Source: Botryllus schlosseri
Taxonomy: Eukaryota
Direction: 5' to 3'
Length of the DNA stretch: 60,000 nt
NCBI GenBank assembly: GCA_051294905.1
Contig: CM119371.1
Span: 1,366,001-1,426,000, forward strand
The translations under genes and the position numbers were made by a program. Shown one piece after another: positions 1 through 11,979 of the stretch (position 1 is the stretch's first letter; each line of letters begins with the position of its first letter). The notes beneath the pieces are model-generated. The model was given only the letters and a program-made list of their open reading frames with translations, was not told the origin of the DNA and ran no database searches.

Positions 1-177
1 GTTTATTAGTTAGTTGTGTTTTAGTTGGTACGGCATGGTATTTTCAAACGTTGTTAGTTATAGATCTGAATAAAGTTTGAAATTTTTGTGAAGTGAGTGC
101 AAATCCAGTAGTTTGTACAAGTCTGGTTACGGTGCCGCAATAGTGGTTTAAAAGTAAGCATGGGCGTATCTACACAC

Positions 178-281
178 GTTTTTCAGCGAGTCGATACAAT
201 TTGTCACTTCTTCAAAAGTGAAGTCTTGAATTGGACGAGAGCACATCCCTTGCACATGCCAATGGTGGAATTGATGGAGAC
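178..281 (-). pseudogene. RBM28/Nop4-like RRM3 exon fragment (RNP1), copy A1, frameshifted
   Basis: After a ttcag acceptor the minus strand reads ...GMCKGCALVQFKT / (frameshift) FEEVTNCIDSLKN, resembling RBM28 RRM3 HSKGCAFAQF..E....C. Homologous to 5059-5172 and 8351-8445. Confidence 0.55.
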
Positions 282-479
282 CTGAACACCAGATGTCAAA
301 GTGACAGCAACATATTAAAATATACGAAAACGTGCTAGAAAACAATGAACATGTATCTGATCACCATACGTATAATGCATCTAACATCAAAAAGGAAGCA
401 TCAAGTATCTCATTAAATTCGACTTTTTATATTTGCTTTCGACTTCCACGCACTTGCCGTTTACACACATTGAGTTCAT

Positions 480-768
480 TTTGATTTTTGGATGGCGATT
501 TTGATTCACATAATTGGAATTTTTGGTCAACTTGACTTGAGTCGAGCAATTTTCTTGAAAAATGGAAAATGACTCGAGTCAACTTGAAACACTTTATGTG
601 TGGTGTCACCTTGTAGGCCTACTACAGTCATTGCGCAAGTCTCAATGAAGTCATATGACTCAAACATTATATACAACTTGATTGAAGTCTCGTGTATCAG
701 GATCAATACTTGACTCTGCGACTCGAGTCAAGACGAGTCAAGTCATGACTCGATTTATTACAAGCCTG
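480..768. mobile_element. Partial GACTCGAGTC-rich MITE
   Basis: Clustered gactcgagtc/gacttgactc motifs ending ...ttacaagcctg; same family as 5448-6027 and 14824-15038. Confidence 0.55.
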
Positions 769-1380
769 AATGTAGCCACGGTATTGTCATAAAAGGATAT
801 TGTTACGAAGATCTTGTCTATCCGCGTTCCTGTTGCTCATTATCAGTTACTCAAAAAGATGATTCTTGCCATTTTAAAAGCTAGTACTGGGAAATTATTA
901 CCAAAAGCCTGCGTCTCATTCAGACAATCTATTTGGTGAAACAACTTATACTCAAGTACTCATCAGAACTTCTACTTTTGAATATTACTTCAAGTAGTTG
1001 TAACAAGTCTCAAATCACCCATAATTGATGAGAAATTAAGGGGTCGACTTCAGACTTCCTACCAAGTGTCGGAGATTTATCTAGGCTCCCCCTTGTCATA
1101 TCATCTGAGTAAGCAGTGTCTTATAAGAGCCCAGACGCGGGCCGTGCTACAAGTCGGCAGCTAAAGGATGGAAATGAAGAAAATTTGCCTGGTTTTAATG
1201 ACCATGGTAGTCAACAAACACCATGAACACCACAAACAACAACATAATTACTTCTACTTCCACCACAAGATAGTGCAAGGCTTAGAGCTAGAGCTAGAAA
1301 CTGTGTTTACCTATAGTCATACACATGTTAGGAGTGAAAAGAATGAGTATATCATGGTTTTTACTGGTGCTGCCAACAAC

Positions 1381-1947
1381 CAGTGTTGGGATGACTCGAG
1401 TCACTTTTTTCGTATGACTTGACTTGACTTGGCGTGTCAGAAATGTGGTTTGACTCGTGACTCGGAGAAAATGTTCCGAGTCAATTTCAAGTCATCAAGT
1501 AACAGTGTCGATAAAAATGGCTGATCTCGCATATATTCGAATTGTTCTCGATACGCTGGTGTGACATGTAAGAGTGAGCAATCACTATTTTGAATGATAA
1601 GTATAGATTGAGGCTATGCGGTTATTTGAGTACTTTATCAGTTCTACGCATGCGTGGGCGATACGAAGCCTTTTTTTACATGTATTTTAAACTTGGTATA
1701 GTCGTCCCACGGTTCCAAACAAATGGCAACTTCCAAACAGCTCCCGGTATTAAAATGCGATGACGCGATCATGCTTCGTACTTCAAAAAATCAACTTGAA
1801 TTGAACTATGACTTGACTCGTGACTTGACTCGACTCGACTTAACTTGAGCCACCTTTAAAAATAGGATGACTTGACTCGACTCGAGTCAAATGTCAATGA
1901 CTTGAAATGACTCGTGACTCGAAGGTAGTGACCTGGTTCAAACACTG
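1381..1947. mobile_element. hAT-type MITE (GACTCGAGTC family)
   Basis: Termini CAGTGTTG...AAACACTG; 8-bp TSD ccaacaac/ccgacaac (1 mismatch); subterminal gactcga repeats. Confidence 0.8.
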
Positions 1948-2809
1948 CCGACAACACGCCACTATTCGTATATGAAATCATGGATTTGCCAAAATAATAT
2001 AATTTATAATTTACTCACTTTTCACCTCCTCGTGTGTCAGTTGAACATTTATGTTTGTCAGATTCCGACTGAACGATTGAGATTGTCATGCAAACGTATT
2101 TCACGAAAGAAATTTAGATGTATCGGAGGAACAGCATCTCAAATGAGATGTTATGTACGATGATATTCTGATGGCAATCCACTGTAATAAAAGCAAGAGT
2201 TGTTGTATAAAGTAGATTCAGTAAATGTATCTATCTATAGAAAGCGCAGCACCCGACCATATTCATCTATTTTCTATAGTCACAGGCTGAAATGGTCAGG
2301 TTTTCCTCAGTGTTACTCAAGTAGAAGTCACATCATACGTTTCTACTCAAGTACAATTTACAAGCAACTTGAAAGACAAATGCCAGTTTTGCCCGAAAAA
2401 TGAAAACTGTTCAGGTAGAAGTGTAAGTAGTCCTAAATCATAACAACTCGAGTACGGTAATTAGTACTAGTATGCAAAACTTATTTGAGATTTAAGTACT
2501 TCAAAAAAAATTTAAATGACTTCATTACGGACCGCCACTGCTTGCAGATGACCTGATTTGGTTTTCTAGTTTATTTCACGTCCAAGCTTAGCAATGGATG
2601 TGTGTGTTTGAAGCGAGATGAAATATATTTTGAGCATCGGCGGCTACATCGGAATGATCAGCAAAGGTTTAGCTATCGGTTTGATGGGTAGTTCATGAGA
2701 TATCCGGTAATAGTCAGGCTCTAGTTCAACCCACAATGGCAGGGGGCAGACTAGTACACCATACTCAACCAACCATTGGACAGGGAACTGCCTAATTTTT
2801 AAAAAAAGC

Positions 2810-3120
2810 AACTATAACTACTTATTTTCAAAACTAGTAACTAGAATTACTCATTTTTCAAAATTCGCCACTAGAAATAGAAATTTAATTACTCAATTTT
2901 TAACAATTAGCAACTTGAGTTGGAACTACGCTATTTTTAAAATCCGTCACTAGAACTAGAACTACTTGTTTTTCAAAACTAGCAATTAGAACTGGAACTA
3001 CTCAAGTTTTCAAAACAAGTAATTGGAAATAGAAGTATAATCACTCAATTTTTGAAATTAGCAACTCGAGATAAAACCCGAACTCCGATCTTTTCAAAAT
3101 CCGTAGCTAGAACTAGGTCT
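2810..3120. repeat. Degenerate ctagaactagaactac/ttttcaaaa repeat (MITE-like)
   Basis: Repeated ~30-40-bp motif aactagaa(c/t)tact..ttttcaaaa; a comparable repeat-rich family occurs at ~6960-7145, ~10050-10165 and ~53190-53710. Confidence 0.5.
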
Positions 3121-3229
3121 GGCTACTAAGGTGGAGTTAAAAATGGAAAATTTTGAATTTTAAAACGGACGCTTGATATGTGGTGCAAAATTAAAAAAAA
3201 ATAATTCTATAATAATTTTGGGCTCGTGT

Positions 3230-3722
3230 ACACTCTAGTTGTCGAAATTGACTAGACTTTACTATAGTCAACATGTTTAATGACTCAGTTCGAACGCGAG
3301 GCATTTAGCATGACTCTGACCAAGTGATATGACTCGAGTCTGAAACGGCCAAGACCAACATACCATTGCAATTCCGAAGAATAGTGAAGTAACCACAGTG
3401 TTGGTATTTCATCAATTGCTACTGCTACTTGAAAATGCAATCTGAGACTGTTCAAAATGCAAAAATCAGTTTATATGTTTCAAATGTTAACCATTCAATA
3501 TCGTCAGATATCGTTATAAAAAGTAGTTTTACCAAGACTAAATCGAAACTGCGCAGTCAACGCAATGACTTCGACTCGGACTCGAGTCATAATATCATGA
3601 CTTGGACTTGACCCTCTGCTCGCTGACTTGGACCCGGAATGACTCGATGGTGAATTAAAAATGACTCGACTTGACTCGAGTTGAAACTATAAAAGTAAGA
3701 TTGACTTGGGACTCGGAGCCTG
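3230..3722. mobile_element. GACTCGAGTC-family MITE, reverse copy of 5448-6027, termini eroded
   Basis: Reverse-complement similarity to 5448-6027 (e.g. ctctgctcgctgacttggac, aaaatgactcgacttgactcgag). Confidence 0.7.
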
Positions 3723-3978
3723 TATGGTTGTCACTAAATGACTAAGAACTTCAACGTCACAAGATTTGAAAATAATACGTTCTGTTTTGGAATGACCGCA
3801 AGATCAGACTACAGCTTCAATGACTACATCTACTTACTCAACCTTGTACATTGTGAATTTAACCTTCACACACATACCTACACACAATACTGAAGACTGT
3901 ACAATACATAAACAGAGCACGTCAGCACCACAATACCGACAAGTTTGTGCTGAATATTGAATATTGGCTCTCACGTAC

Positions 3979-4091
3979 CTGGTCATAGGAGGTCGAGACA
4001 CAAATTACTCTTGTCCTCCTTTTGATTCTTTAGTTTTTTCTGTTGAAGCACATTGATAGCTTTGAATTTCACTCCCGTTCATGATCTTCCC
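3979..4091 (-). pseudogene. RBM28-like exon (end of RRM3 plus linker), copy B1
   Basis: ttcag acceptor and gtacgt donor; reads KIMNGSEI...KEDKSNLCL with frameshifts/stops, resembling RBM28 L.G..L.V..A....D.RNLYLAREGLIR.G. Follows copy A2 in correct minus-strand order. Confidence 0.5.
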
Positions 4092-4684
4092 CTGAATCAA
4101 TACCCAAACACACACACTTACAGCCGGATTTATACATACTACGAATCTAGTCAGTCGACGGTCATTAACTACTGGTTATCCCGTAGTTCTAGTTCTAGTT
4201 ACAATATTTTTAATGCGAGTAGTTCTAGTTGCATTATGGAATAAGTTAGTTGCGAAACTATAAAACACGTGTCACCGTTCTGTGAATCGTGTAACGGTGT
4301 TCTATTGTGCGTTGTTCTTGCATTGCTAGCTAAGAGTCATCACTACTAACAGTGGTTAAGCCGGTGGTGGGTTTTGATTCACGAAACCCCATTCATCGCA
4401 AGCTCGATATCCTGGCCTTTTGTAATGCCGAATCTATCTCCAATACTTGTTAGGTTGTTTGTGATTCAGTAATTCGTGTTATCCATTATTAGTCAGCTCT
4501 GTTTTAGTTAGTTGGTTTCAAGTTATCAAAGATAGTTAGTTCTATAAAATATAGTCTAGTTTTGGTTGCGAATTTTGGAAAATGAGTACCGTACAGATTT
4601 TGCAAATCCAATAGTTAGTAAAGTTCTTGTTGCAGCTCCGTAACAGTGGATTGAAAGTACCACTTAGCACGGACGCATATACAT

Positions 4685-5048
4685 TAGTGCGGAGCACGGA
4701 CCGGAGCCGGGTTTGATATCCGGCTAGCTTTTTTTTAATTTTGGTTTGACCGTATCGGAGCCGGATCAGTACTTCTTTGATGAGGCCAGAATCTCTATGG
4801 ATAAGCATGACGTTTGTAACTAAATAACTACCAACCAACAACACGCAAGTAAGCACTTAGCCAGTGCGAAAAGAAACGAGCTATGCTTTTAAATTCATGG
4901 AACCACCGTACCGTGTTAGGTCGGATTTCCAGCAATTTTTGGCCGGAGCCGGATCAGTACTTTTTCCTGATACGGCCGGAGCCGGACCAGAGAATTGACA
5001 AACCGGATCGGAGCCGGACCAGAGAATTTGTCGATCCGCTCCTCACTA
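4685..5048. mobile_element. hAT-type MITE with ccggagccgga subterminal repeats
   Basis: Termini TAGTGCGGAGC...GCTCCTCACTA; perfect 8-bp TSD atatacat (4677-4684 / 5049-5056). Confidence 0.85.
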
Positions 5049-5058
5049 ATATACATAC

Positions 5059-5172
5059 TTTTAATCGCCATTCAGCTCGCCGATACAATTTGTCGTTTCT
5101 TCCGGGGTCTTGGATTGGACGTAAGCATATCTCTTGGAGTGGCTGATGGGCTTTGGCAGAGTTGCTGACGAA
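5059..5172 (-). pseudogene. RBM28-like RRM3 exon (RNP1), copy A2
   Basis: tttag acceptor and gtatgt donor; reads ...HSKRYAYVQSKTPEETTNCIGELNGD*, an RNP1 motif plus helix 2 of an RRM. Confidence 0.6.
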
Positions 5173-5447
5173 CTAAACAATATATATTGAAAATGTGACA
5201 GCGACGTATTCAAATACACAAATACATGCAGAAAAACACGAGTTATACAGCATATAAGGATTCTTAATTTTTTTTTTTTCAAATTCAACTGACTACATGA
5301 TAAAGTTGTTAGTATGGCTATAAAAACTCACTACACCAAACTTGGTTTATTACCAATCAGTAGCCGCGTTGCTACAAGAGATGAAAGATTTGGATATAGC
5401 CTATTATATAAAAATTAAATAATTTTTTTTCAATACTTTCTGATCAC

Positions 5448-6027
5448 CAGGGTTGTAACCAAGTCACAAAGCTCCGAGTCACAAGTCAATCTCATTTTTA
5501 TAGTTTTGACTCGAGTCAAGTCGAGTCATTTTCGATTCCCACCGAGTCAAGTCCGAGTCCAAGTCAGCGAGCAGAGTGCCGAGTCCGAGTCATGGAATTA
5601 TGACTTGAGTCCTAGTCCAAGTCATTGTGTTGACTGCTCAGTTTCCAGATGAAGTCTTGGTAAACCCACTTTTCATAGCTCTGTTTGGTGATATCGAATG
5701 GTTCGCATTCATAATATGCCAATTTTCGTCAGTTTCAGCAGTTTATGGTCGCATTTTCAAGTACCAGCACCAACAGACGAAATCCCAATAGTGTGTTGGC
5801 TTCAGAATTACAATGAAATATCGGTCTTGGCCGTCTGAGTCTCGAGTCAATGACTTGGTTCGAGTCATGCGCAATGACTCGAGTCCAATTCGAGTCAGTA
5901 CACAGAATGAATCGAGTCGAGTCATTTCCGTATTTTGAATAAATGACTCGAGTCAAGTCGAGTCATCAGAAAATCGTGAGTCTAGTCGGACTCGAGTCGA
6001 GTCATGACTCGAGTCATTACAACTCTG
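5448..6027. mobile_element. hAT-type MITE (GACTCGAGTC family), full length
   Basis: TIR CAGGGTTGTAA...TTACAACTCTG; perfect 8-bp TSD ctgatcac (5440-5447 / 6028-6035). Confidence 0.9.
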
Positions 6028-6049
6028 CTGATCACCCCATGAAATTTAT

Positions 6050-6240
6050 AGTTTTTCGACAGAAACGCTGCCAAATAAATTTGGTCAATTCCAACCAATG
6101 GAAGCGGAGTTATTGCAGTGGAAAAATTAGGATATGAAAAAATTAATAACCTGCCCACCGTGAATACGACACCAATTATTCATATCCAAATTTCCGACTG
6201 CAATAAATCCGCTTCCACTGGTTGGAATTGAGCTAAATGT
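6050..6240. repeat. Palindromic (foldback) repeat, ttccaaccagtggaagcgga family
   Basis: aattccaaccaatggaagcggagttattgcagt...actgcaataaatccgcttccactggttggaatt inverted pair; related copies at ~6700-6940, 9071-9594 and 58050-59660. Confidence 0.65.
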
Positions 6241-8350
6241 ACGATTGATGTTGAAGCTTCTCAAAGCTTCAAAAGCGACTTTTCATGCTTGAAATTGATG
6301 AATGCGTATCAGAGCTATCTTCTAACTTCTAATATTTACGCAGGGATTTTTCAGATCTCGTATCACTCGAGATTCAGTGATAACTACACCGCGTCGATCT
6401 TTGTATTGGAACAGGAGAAGTCGCTGAAATAGGATGGCTTCGTTTTATCAAAGAACTCATAGAGTAAACATTTTAGCCGGTTCCAAAGAAGAGCAACACA
6501 TTCGACTCCGCTATTTTGGACAGTGTTGTTCTGCTCCCTTTTGGCCAAATTAAGTCGAGACACTGCTTTGTTCAAGTTAACCGGAAATTTAATTGCTCCT
6601 TCGTGGCTGTGCATTACTGTATTAGGACTGTTCAAGAATAAGCTTCTTTCTGGATTCCAGCCATTCGGTGAATAAATAGTCAGGTTACGCTAAAATACGC
6701 TGCACACCAAATTTGGTTCAATTCTGACAAGTATAAGACTGCGCAGATCCAACTAAAATTTTCAATTTGCTAGTGAAGATATAAAAAAAACACAATCAAG
6801 GATAATAATTAGAGAAATATCAACGGAAAACTCGAATAACTCCGCTTCTACTAGTTGGAATTGACTGAAAATTGTTTTGCATCGTCTTTAAAGACAGCTC
6901 AAAAATATCATGGGGTTGACAGTAACAATTTGAATTTTTTTCAATTTGACCTAATAAATTAAATATTTGAATCTAATTTTGAAAAATTGTGTAGCTTTAG
7001 CTGTGATTCTGATCTAATTCGAAAAAAAACAGTCTAATTATAATTCTAAATGTAGTACAATTTGTACATAAAAACTGTAGCTTTTAGCTATCATTCTAAT
7101 TCCAATCTAATTCGAATTTGAAAATGATCTAGTTGTCCCAATCTGGCTGAGAAAACCCAGTTATCGTGTGAACCCCGGTTAGAAACCCCTGCTGCAAGTT
7201 AGCTTAATGAGAAAGTATGCTAATAGTTATGGTTATGACAAACCTTCAGCTTTTGACACTTCTAGTAAGATTGTCAGCACATAATCGAGTTGTACGTCTG
7301 CATTTTTCAGTTTGGCCCGATTTGCATTTTCAATCTTCACACGTTTCTTCCATTCTGTTGCGTTGAGACCTTCAGGGGCTTGCGTTTCTACACAGAAAAA
7401 TCACAGGTGGTCATGTAGTGTGCATCGCACTTTTCTACATGTGTTAATCGGGGGTGGCTACCTAGCTTCACGCTGGGTTGCTATGACTCGATTTAACGGT
7501 GACTCGACTTGACGCGAGTAATTTTTTCAAATAACTCTACTCGAATAAATTGATGTGTTGAATCAACTTGCCTCGAGCAATTTCTTCAATAGACTTGACT
7601 TTAGGATTAGCATATTCTGGAATCGGGAGAGGGGGACACTTTTTCAAAATATTTAAACTTGGAGAAGTCAAAATTATGTCAAAATTGTAGCGATAGGCCA
7701 AAAATTGCCTAAATTGTTTACAAAGTAATAACTTTTTTGCAACCTGCGTTTCGTTCATTTTGTATATTTTGCAGTGTCTGTGAACTTGTCATTTGACATT
7801 ACACCGCTTGTAGCATACTTTAGGCCTGCAGTTGTAGACGGCCCATGGCCTGCTTATTGTGAATCGTAAACATTCAAATGAAACAAATAGGTCAACATGG
7901 TGCTCAACGTACCGCAATATCCCAACTGAAGCTACACTGCGTGGACATTGCAAGGTTCTTATATCAAGAAGTGTTGTGCTACTAAACATTTCAATCATCT
8001 TTACCATAATCCGTGGTGTAACTTCTGAAATTCTTCATAGGGCAAGATTTTCTTAAAATAAAGTTAGAAAAATTTTCAGTTATTGATGCAAAAAAAGTTT
8101 TTTTCAGGCCATACTACTTCGTAAGGAAAGATAGTTCCAACCGGAAATGAAGACAATTCCAACGTTATGTCGGAAAACAGCTCATTTGTATACATTATTT
8201 TTTAAAAGTCGGTCAAAAATGTCAACATATTGAGTTTTAGGTAAAAATCTTTCATTTTTAGGTTAAAAATAAGCCCAGTCAAAACCATACACGTCATCCA
8301 ATTCTCCGTTGGGATTGCCAGCATTCTGATTGCATTTGCATTTTCCTTAC

Positions 8351-8445
8351 CATTCAGTGAGTCGATACAATTTTAAACTTTGTCGAAGGTGAGGTCTTGA
8401 ATCGGACGAGAGCACATCCCTTGGACATGCCAATGGCGATCTGAA
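8351..8445 (-). pseudogene. RBM28-like RRM3 exon fragment, copy A3
   Basis: Reads IGMSKGCALVRFKT...; gtaag donor at 8350; flanking intron sequence (8460-8610) is homologous to 295-430. Confidence 0.55.
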
Positions 8446-9070
8446 TAGAAGATGTCATAAATGTGACAGCAACGTATTGAATCTGAAACAGATGAATACA
8501 AGCAGGAAAATAATGTTCATGCATCTGAGATCTTATGATCATACATACAACACACTTGATATCAAAAAGAAACCATCAAGTTTCGCATTAAATTCAAATT
8601 TCTGATATTTATCTATTTATTTGATATTTTTGGTATTTGGCATCGCCATGACCCAACATATCCATGACTGTTTCAATTCAATAGTGAAAATCGGCTAATA
8701 GTTTTATGGTCTTGTTCTACGTTCACTTTAGTTACAGCAAGTAGTAGAGGTGGACCGATATCGACCTAGCCGATGATCGAGGCCAATGTTTGGAACATCG
8801 CTCCGAGTTCTCAGTCTCAGGGGCTGCGTGACAGATTGCCCTTGCAGGACAAGTTGAACTGGGTGAGCATGCAGTGAAACTATGCTTCGTGCATCACAGC
8901 CTACCTCTACTGGACTGATCTGTGATTCTGCGTCATCTTTTGCTCTTTGGGATATCCCACATTTCAATGAATGTGCACAATTGAGCAATATTTCTTTTCT
9001 AGTTTATTGATCAGCTTTCTGTGGCATGTACAAGAGACAACTACCCTAATCGAACAGAACAGAGTAGAAC

Positions 9071-9594
9071 AGTAGGGCTGTTCGAAAAAATCTGTTTTTT
9101 TCTGAATCTTGTTGGCTGCATCATTAAATCATTAGTTTGGCTTAAAAAACGATGCACACGAAATTGGAATTCATTCCAACCGGTAAGCGCGGACTTCGTA
9201 CAGTTTGAAAATTTTGAATATACCCAAAAATGCAAAAAAAATGCAAATTTTTGGTCAACCCCAAGAAATTGTTGCGCTGTCTTCAAAACGATCTAAAACA
9301 AATTTGAGTTTTTCTTGAATAATTCTGGGATTATCCTTGATCAGTAGATAATCCAAGAATTATCATCGAAAAACTCGAATGAATCTGCTTCTGCGAGTTG
9401 GAATAGAGTTAAATTTGCTTTGCATCGTTTTTGAAGACAGCGCAACACTTTCACGAGATTGACAGAAAAATTTGAAAATTAATTTTCAAGGCATTTTTGA
9501 GTAAATTCAAAATTTTCACACTGTACGAATTCTGCGATACTGGTTGGAATGAATTCAAATGTCGGAAAAAAAGTTTTTTTGAACGGCCGTACTG
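9071..9594. mobile_element. Foldback MITE
   Basis: Ends cagtagggctgttcgaaaaaa / ttttttgaacggccgtactg; internal inverted arms (aattcattccaacc...gtacagt..gaaaattttgaa). Confidence 0.65.
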
Positions 9595-10237
9595 CACAGC
9601 TTGTCGTAGTGGTATGGCGGAAGATAGGGGCTTGGCGTATTTTGCACCATTCACCCAAGATTCGGCAGCTACATATCATACTGCACTATAGTTGTACCAG
9701 ACACAAATTAATAGCTTTGCACAGCATACAGGCAACTAGAGTGGAACATGGCGTAACTAAAAAATCATGACTTTGCAGTTCCAATACAGCAGTTTTCTGA
9801 AGAAAATAGCTACGGCCAACAAAATTCATGATTTTATCTTAAATTTGATATCACTTCATTTTTGGGGCGAAGTGACCCGCGAAAACAATAATTTTTGAAT
9901 ATTTTTGTACAACAACATTTTTCAATAACTGATGCTTCAGCAATAGCCTACCTAAACATTTTTTGCATAATGGAAAATAAAATGCATGTAAATGCTGGTT
10001 TTATTTTCGTTTTAATTGGGATCACCTCTAAAGAGGTTGCCGACCGCAGACTTTGACAACTCGATAATTCTAGTTGTCTTATTTCACTAAATTAGATCGA
10101 AATGCCAGTAATCTAATTCTAATCTAATTTGGAAAAGTCCAAAATTTTCTAGTTTTTCAAGTCTGACCGACCGGTGGTCTAGGGTAGGTCAGCCCCACAA
10201 TACTAACGTTTTTTGCTGAATATTAGACCGCACATAC

Positions 10238-10355
10238 CTGGTCATAAGAGACCGTCTCTGCCGAGATATAAATCCATCTTGCCATCTTTCTAATTCCTTC
10301 ATTTCTTTGTCTGCTCACAGCTTGATCAACTAGAATCTCATTCCCTTCCAGGTTT
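10238..10355 (-). pseudogene. RBM28-like exon, copy B2
   Basis: Minus strand reads LEGNEILVDQAVSR / (frameshift) KDGKMDLYLGRDGLL*PG then a gtatgt donor; matches RBM28 LDGR.L.VDLAV.R...RNLYLAREGLIR.G. Confidence 0.65.
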
Positions 10356-11458
10356 TATGGAATTATGTTGCCACATGGAACATGTACTTAAGTAATGAGT
10401 TAGATGCCAAAATTCTGTAACTAGAATATGGAGCATAATATTCAGCTAAATCACCACATTTTTATAATCTGAAATATTCCCTGTAGTCCAAGTTCGTAAG
10501 AAAATATTACATAAAAACTCCTTTCCTAAAGATTCTATGCGGCAGGTATTATACGCCACTATTTACCAAAATATTCAGGCAAACAGAAATGATAGGGAGA
10601 GTTATGAAATATTTTTACACACAGCGATTTCCATGGGCTTCACCTTCAGCTAAATTCTTGGCAGGGCACCAAAGATGAATATTTTCTCACTGGCTTGCTG
10701 AATTCATCAATTTATACAACATGAAAACATTCTCAGGTATAAGTAGCTCATTTATACAGACACAAGTTCCGATCTGCTTAAAATCAGCACTTGGATTTCA
10801 CGGTTAAATGAGCAGAAAGCTTGTTTTCATCACGCAATAACTTGAAAACTTCATTCAAAATGGATGCCGGTAGCTATCTACTCAGCTATAGCATTTCAAA
10901 AGGTGACGAGTTAAATTTCAGCAAAATCTGCAACTTGATGGAGACCGAATTTCTTTTTGGTTCATTTCACATAGAATTACCTATACACAGCAGTCACAAA
11001 CAATCCAGTAAGCTGGATTGATCATGGCTCAAGGTTGAACTTAACCAGACTTGCAGCATCATTTTACATTCAGTAATTTCATTCTCAAGTGAGGCAGGAA
11101 CGAACGATCGATACTCCATGGAAACTCGAAAATCATGTTTGATAGAAGCTGTAAGCCAATATGTTATCGGTGTCTCGTACGGACTAAAGAGTCTACTGAA
11201 TACACACAGGTGTGAAGCAAGACGCTGAGAACCGTCTTGGCACACCAAACATATTACTCTAAACGTATCAGGATTCCATTTTCGAGCATATTGATTGAAT
11301 ACATACACACTTCTTCCTTGGCGAGAGCAATTTTAGAGTCCGTGGTTACCGGTATTGACTATCAAGCCATGTTACCATTCCAAAAGATTTCACACCACAC
11401 CAAACCTTTCGTAACTAACAGATACAGCCAGAGGCCATCACAATTTCGAGTTGGTAAC

Positions 11459-11979
11459 CTCTATTCCTATCGATATACCAAGACTGTACTATTGTATGTG
11501 AGCATAGTAGAAGCGCGAAACGGTATGCCAATAAAGCGCTGGTCTACATTCTACAATCAATCAACGCTTTATCCAGTAATATAAGTGAATCAGCCTGTAC
11601 TCTGAAACATATTAGCTATATCTCCAACGTCCGATCGAATTAAAACTGATATTAGAACACTCAAGTCTCAATCAGCTGATTTCATTCCATGTTTTGACTC
11701 CGAGCCATTCATGCACGTGAGACATTAGCTCCACCACGCGGAAGAACGAAAGGCGTTAAATCGATAACAACATGCAGTTCGATTATTACATTTCCTACAT
11801 AACCTATTTGGTTTTGTCATCTCTCCTAATTTTATTCTCCTGTACATATCGTTATCATCGGATAGGTCCATAAAGCGCACACTCGAATAGGGTACGTATT
11901 ATAAGCATTCAAAAGAACTATACTGCCAGAAAGGTGAGGAGCCATCGATGCATGACGTCCTTGGAAGCCGAGGAGACCG
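11459..11979 (+). repeat. Direct duplication, copy 1 (uninterrupted; shows the empty site of the 18429-45409 insertion)
   Basis: Near-identical to 18005-18428 joined to 45410-45479 (ctctattcctatcgatatacc...gcatt[c/t]aaaagaactatactgcc...gaggagacc). Confidence 0.9.
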
